A stretch of DNA of 32,000 bases from NCBI RefSeq assembly GCF_003367075.2, contig NZ_CP065936.1, positions 1,830,001 through 1,862,000 on the forward strand, given 5' to 3'. The notes under the pieces were generated by a model. That model did no database searches. It saw nothing but the letters and a program-made list of their open reading frames with translations, and was not told where the DNA came from. Shown here in pieces: positions 30,234 to 32,000 of the stretch (within the stretch, counting starts at the first letter, position 1; every line of letters begins with the position of its first letter). Source of the stretch: Cylindrospermopsis raciborskii Cr2010 (GTDB lineage Bacteria; Cyanobacteriota; Cyanobacteriia; Cyanobacteriales; Nostocaceae). Both the position numbers and the translations under genes were made by a program.

Positions 30234-31312
30234 TTGCCTAAATCCCCCATTTTTAGGTTTGCCTGTTGTTTGATAAGGTCGCTAAAGGTGTCGGCAATGG
30301 CATTTGGTGACATGCCTATGTAGTTATCTACACTATCTAGTTTGATGGTTCCAGATTCATCGTCACGGTAAAGAGTATGAAACAGAATATGATCCCCTTT
30401 ACTCTTGTCCATAAGTAAGTCAAACCACTTAAGTAGGACGTAATCATGGGTTGCCAGAATAATTTGCTGTCCATTGCGTGATAGCTCTAGCAAAATGGTA
30501 ACGAGACTTTTCATTAGTTTAGGATTCATGTTTGATTCGGGCTCATCCCACAACAGCAAACCACTAACACCGGGTTGAAGCGCTCCCGTTTCTAACAGAC
30601 GGTAAAGCATTCCAACTTTGCAAATACCCTCAGCTATAGAGTTAGCGGAGTATTCAGAATCCTCGGTTCTGAAGGTGACTTTGCCTCCTCCATAAAAAAT
30701 GAATCGACCACCGCAGATGGCTTTCAGCTCTTCCATGGCCCATTTGGATTTTTCGTGCAGGTTTTCTGGACGAATTTGGGGAAGGTCTAACAACAGGCAA
30801 ATATCTTGATAGGTCTGGTCAAAGGAGACTTGGTACATCTGGTACAAACTGTTAAATCCTTCCATAAAGGAGAGGACTTCTTTGGTGGGAAAGAAAACTG
30901 GTTTGGATTGGTATTGTTCCCAGCTATTTCTATCCTTGATCTTGATTTCCAAGGATTTAGATCTGGTGCTAAAGCTAACAGCTATCTGTTGATCATGGGC
31001 AAAGTGGGCTTCTAATGTGGCTTTTGCACCTCCACCGTGGTGACGCATTTTGTTTAACTTAGCATCTAAAGGCAAAAATAGGCGTAAAAGCTCAGGGGTA
31101 AGGGCGGAAGCAAGTTCCTTAACAAGTTCTTTGTCACTAATATGGGAATTGTTTTTGAATAGGGGAGCCACACCACTGAGGAAATAAGCAGCTTTGAGCA
31201 GATGGGTTTTTCCTGTGCCATTTTTCCCGATGATCACGTTGATCTTAGGAGAAAAATCAATTTTCACTTCGGTGAAGGCCATGAAGTTTTTCAGTTCTAA
31301 ATGTGTTATCAT
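30230..31312 (-). CDS. ABC/SMC-type (AAA_15/AAA_21-like) ATPase, 360 aa
   Basis: MITHLELKNFMAFTEVKIDF...IIGKNGTGKTHLLKA is the N-terminal strand plus Walker A. SIAEG is signature-like, LLLWDEPESNMNP is Walker B plus D-loop, and ILATHD is the H-loop. It is the first gene of the operon. Confidence 0.85.
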   Translation of the reverse strand: MITHLELKNFMAFTEVKIDFSPKINVIIGKNGTGKTHLLKAAYFLSGVAPLFKNNSHISDKELVKELASALTPELLRLFLPLDAKLNKMRHHGGGAKATLEAHFAHDQQIAVSFSTRSKSLEIKIKDRNSWEQYQSKPVFFPTKEVLSFMEGFNSLYQMYQVSFDQTYQDICLLLDLPQIRPENLHEKSKWAMEELKAICGGRFIFYGGGKVTFRTEDSEYSANSIAEGICKVGMLYRLLETGALQPGVSGLLLWDEPESNMNPKLMKSLVTILLELSRNGQQIILATHDYVLLKWFDLLMDKSKGDHILFHTLYRDDESGTIKLDSVDNYIGMSPNAIADTFSDLIKQQANLKMGDLGK

Positions 31313-31324
31313 ATTTATGTTATT

Positions 31325-31505
31325 TTGTACCCATATCTCTTAGTTTTTTCTCGACTCAGTGCTTTGATTTAGGCATGTGATGTACCACTTGGAATACACT
31401 TATGTATTTGTCTACACTATCTAGTTCGATGGTTCCAGATTCAGCCTTATTGTGTAGGCTATGAAACTGTGTATAGTCCCTTTTACTGTTGTCTATAAGT
31501 AATTA
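31325..31505 (-). pseudogene. Decayed paralogous copy of the ATPase 3' end, nuclease 3' end and pglX-start junction
   Basis: 31399-31503 aligns to 30316-30420 (ATPase codons for ...ESGTI(E/K)LDSVD(K/N)YI...). 31340-31393 aligns to 29697-29750 (nuclease C-terminus: KWYITCLNQSTESRKN* vs GWPVTRLNQSTERREN*). 31325-31336 TTGTACCCATAT matches 29682-29693 TTGTATCCATAT (pglX ATG). About 0.56 kb is deleted between the two pieces. Confidence 0.7.
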
Positions 31506-31577
31506 AATGGAGAATTGGTACTTCTTGTCAATACCTCAGCCCAAAAAAGATTATGAAATGCTAGGACTGACCATTTA

Positions 31578-31697
31578 AAAAAAAAGATTTATTGGAAAGA
31601 CTAGTATTATGGACCGGGGCTTATTTTGTAGCTAGTTGTGGAGGTGTCAGACCAACTTAAAAAATATGTAGAGAATCAAGATTCCCTTGAACATTAG
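31578..31697 (+). pseudogene. IS200/IS605-family TnpA (Y1 transposase) C-terminal remnant, frameshifted
   Basis: Pieces in two frames: KKRFIGKTS / LWTGAYFVASCGGV / DQLKKYVENQDSLEH*. This resembles the conserved TnpA C-terminus (LW-x-x-YF-x-S-x-GG...YI-x-x-Q). No intact ORF remains. Confidence 0.45.
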
Positions 31698-31746
31698 TTG
31701 TGCTTGTCTTATAGCGTTATAATGGATCGCTCTAGCATTCGGCGCA

Positions 31747-32000
31747 TTACGGGATGAAAATGCGTCTTGCGCCTTGATACTCTTCAATATCAACTACAAT
31801 ATCAACCAAACGATTAACGCAGCGATTGCGATAATCTGGCTCGGAAAGTAGTCGATCAATATTACCGATTGTAACGACGGGTAATGATGTGGGGGTATTT
31901 TCCTCCCGCATCACTTGCTCCAGGGAATCTTTGCCTTTCATGCTTCGGTTACCGGTGATCAGGATCATCTGATTGGCTTGAGCATACCGCCAAACAACGC
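31747..32000 (-). CDS. Conserved hypothetical protein, partial (N-terminus beyond window end); possibly PIN-like
   Basis: The frame is open to the window edge (...VVWRYAQANQMILITGNRSMKGKDSLEQVMREENTPTSLPVVTIGNIDRLL...GARRIFIP*). LITxNR and the C-terminal pattern recall small nuclease-like proteins, but I cannot name the family. Confidence 0.4.
   Translation of the reverse strand, partial: VVWRYAQANQMILITGNRSMKGKDSLEQVMREENTPTSLPVVTIGNIDRLLSEPDYRNRCVNRLVDIVVDIEEYQGARRIFIP

Noticed and set aside
30230-31312. Whether the 360-aa ATPase is a short BrxC, BrxD or BrxF
   Set aside because: BrxC/PglY is about 1200 aa with a different N-terminal P-loop context. This protein has the SMC/ABC layout of an N-terminal strand plus Walker A, with a C-terminal Walker B, D-loop and H-loop. 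I cannot equate it with any named Brx ATPase from sequence alone, so it is left as a generic ABC-type ATPase.

Overview
This window looks like a chromosomal segment from a HIP1-rich (GCGATCGC) filamentous cyanobacterium, probably Nostocales-type. All calls rest on reading the sequence and ORF translations by eye; no database search was possible.

- **1-7.7 kb, housekeeping genes:** selO (partial), bioB, petL (a small ORF missing from the track), aroB, a Ser/Thr kinase, an exported PstS-like/DUF4912 protein and nadC.
- **7.75-12.9 kb, complete rrn operon:** consensus promoter, boxA, 16S, tRNA-Ile(GAU), tRNA-Ala(UGC), boxA, 23S, 5S and terminator.
- **12.87-13.73 kb, tandem repeat:** a 330-bp higher-order repeat made of 8 HIP1-bearing sub-repeats. 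It begins inside the rrn terminator.
- **13.8-20.2 kb, decayed accessory zone:**
  - an ATPase N-terminal fragment and a NERD-like fragment;
  - a 2-TM coiled-coil protein;
  - an intact Uma2 gene plus a Uma2 fragment;
  - a truncated M15 peptidase;
  - a TM/coiled-coil/WD40 protein;
  - a DUF29 fragment;
  - a VapB-like gene with a truncated PIN gene.
- **20.17-31.3 kb, minus strand, main candidate:** an 11-kb tightly coupled defence operon. The gene order is ABC-type ATPase, PD-(D/E)xK-like protein, pglX (split by an IS630-family element with a TA duplication), a DUF1016 N-domain protein, pglZ, brxL. This is the 3' half of a type-1 BREX system with no brxA, brxB or brxC. A small ATPase/nuclease pair sits in their place.
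- **31.3-31.7 kb, island edge:** a decayed second copy of the ATPase / nuclease / pglX-start junction and an IS200/IS605-type tnpA remnant lie just upstream.
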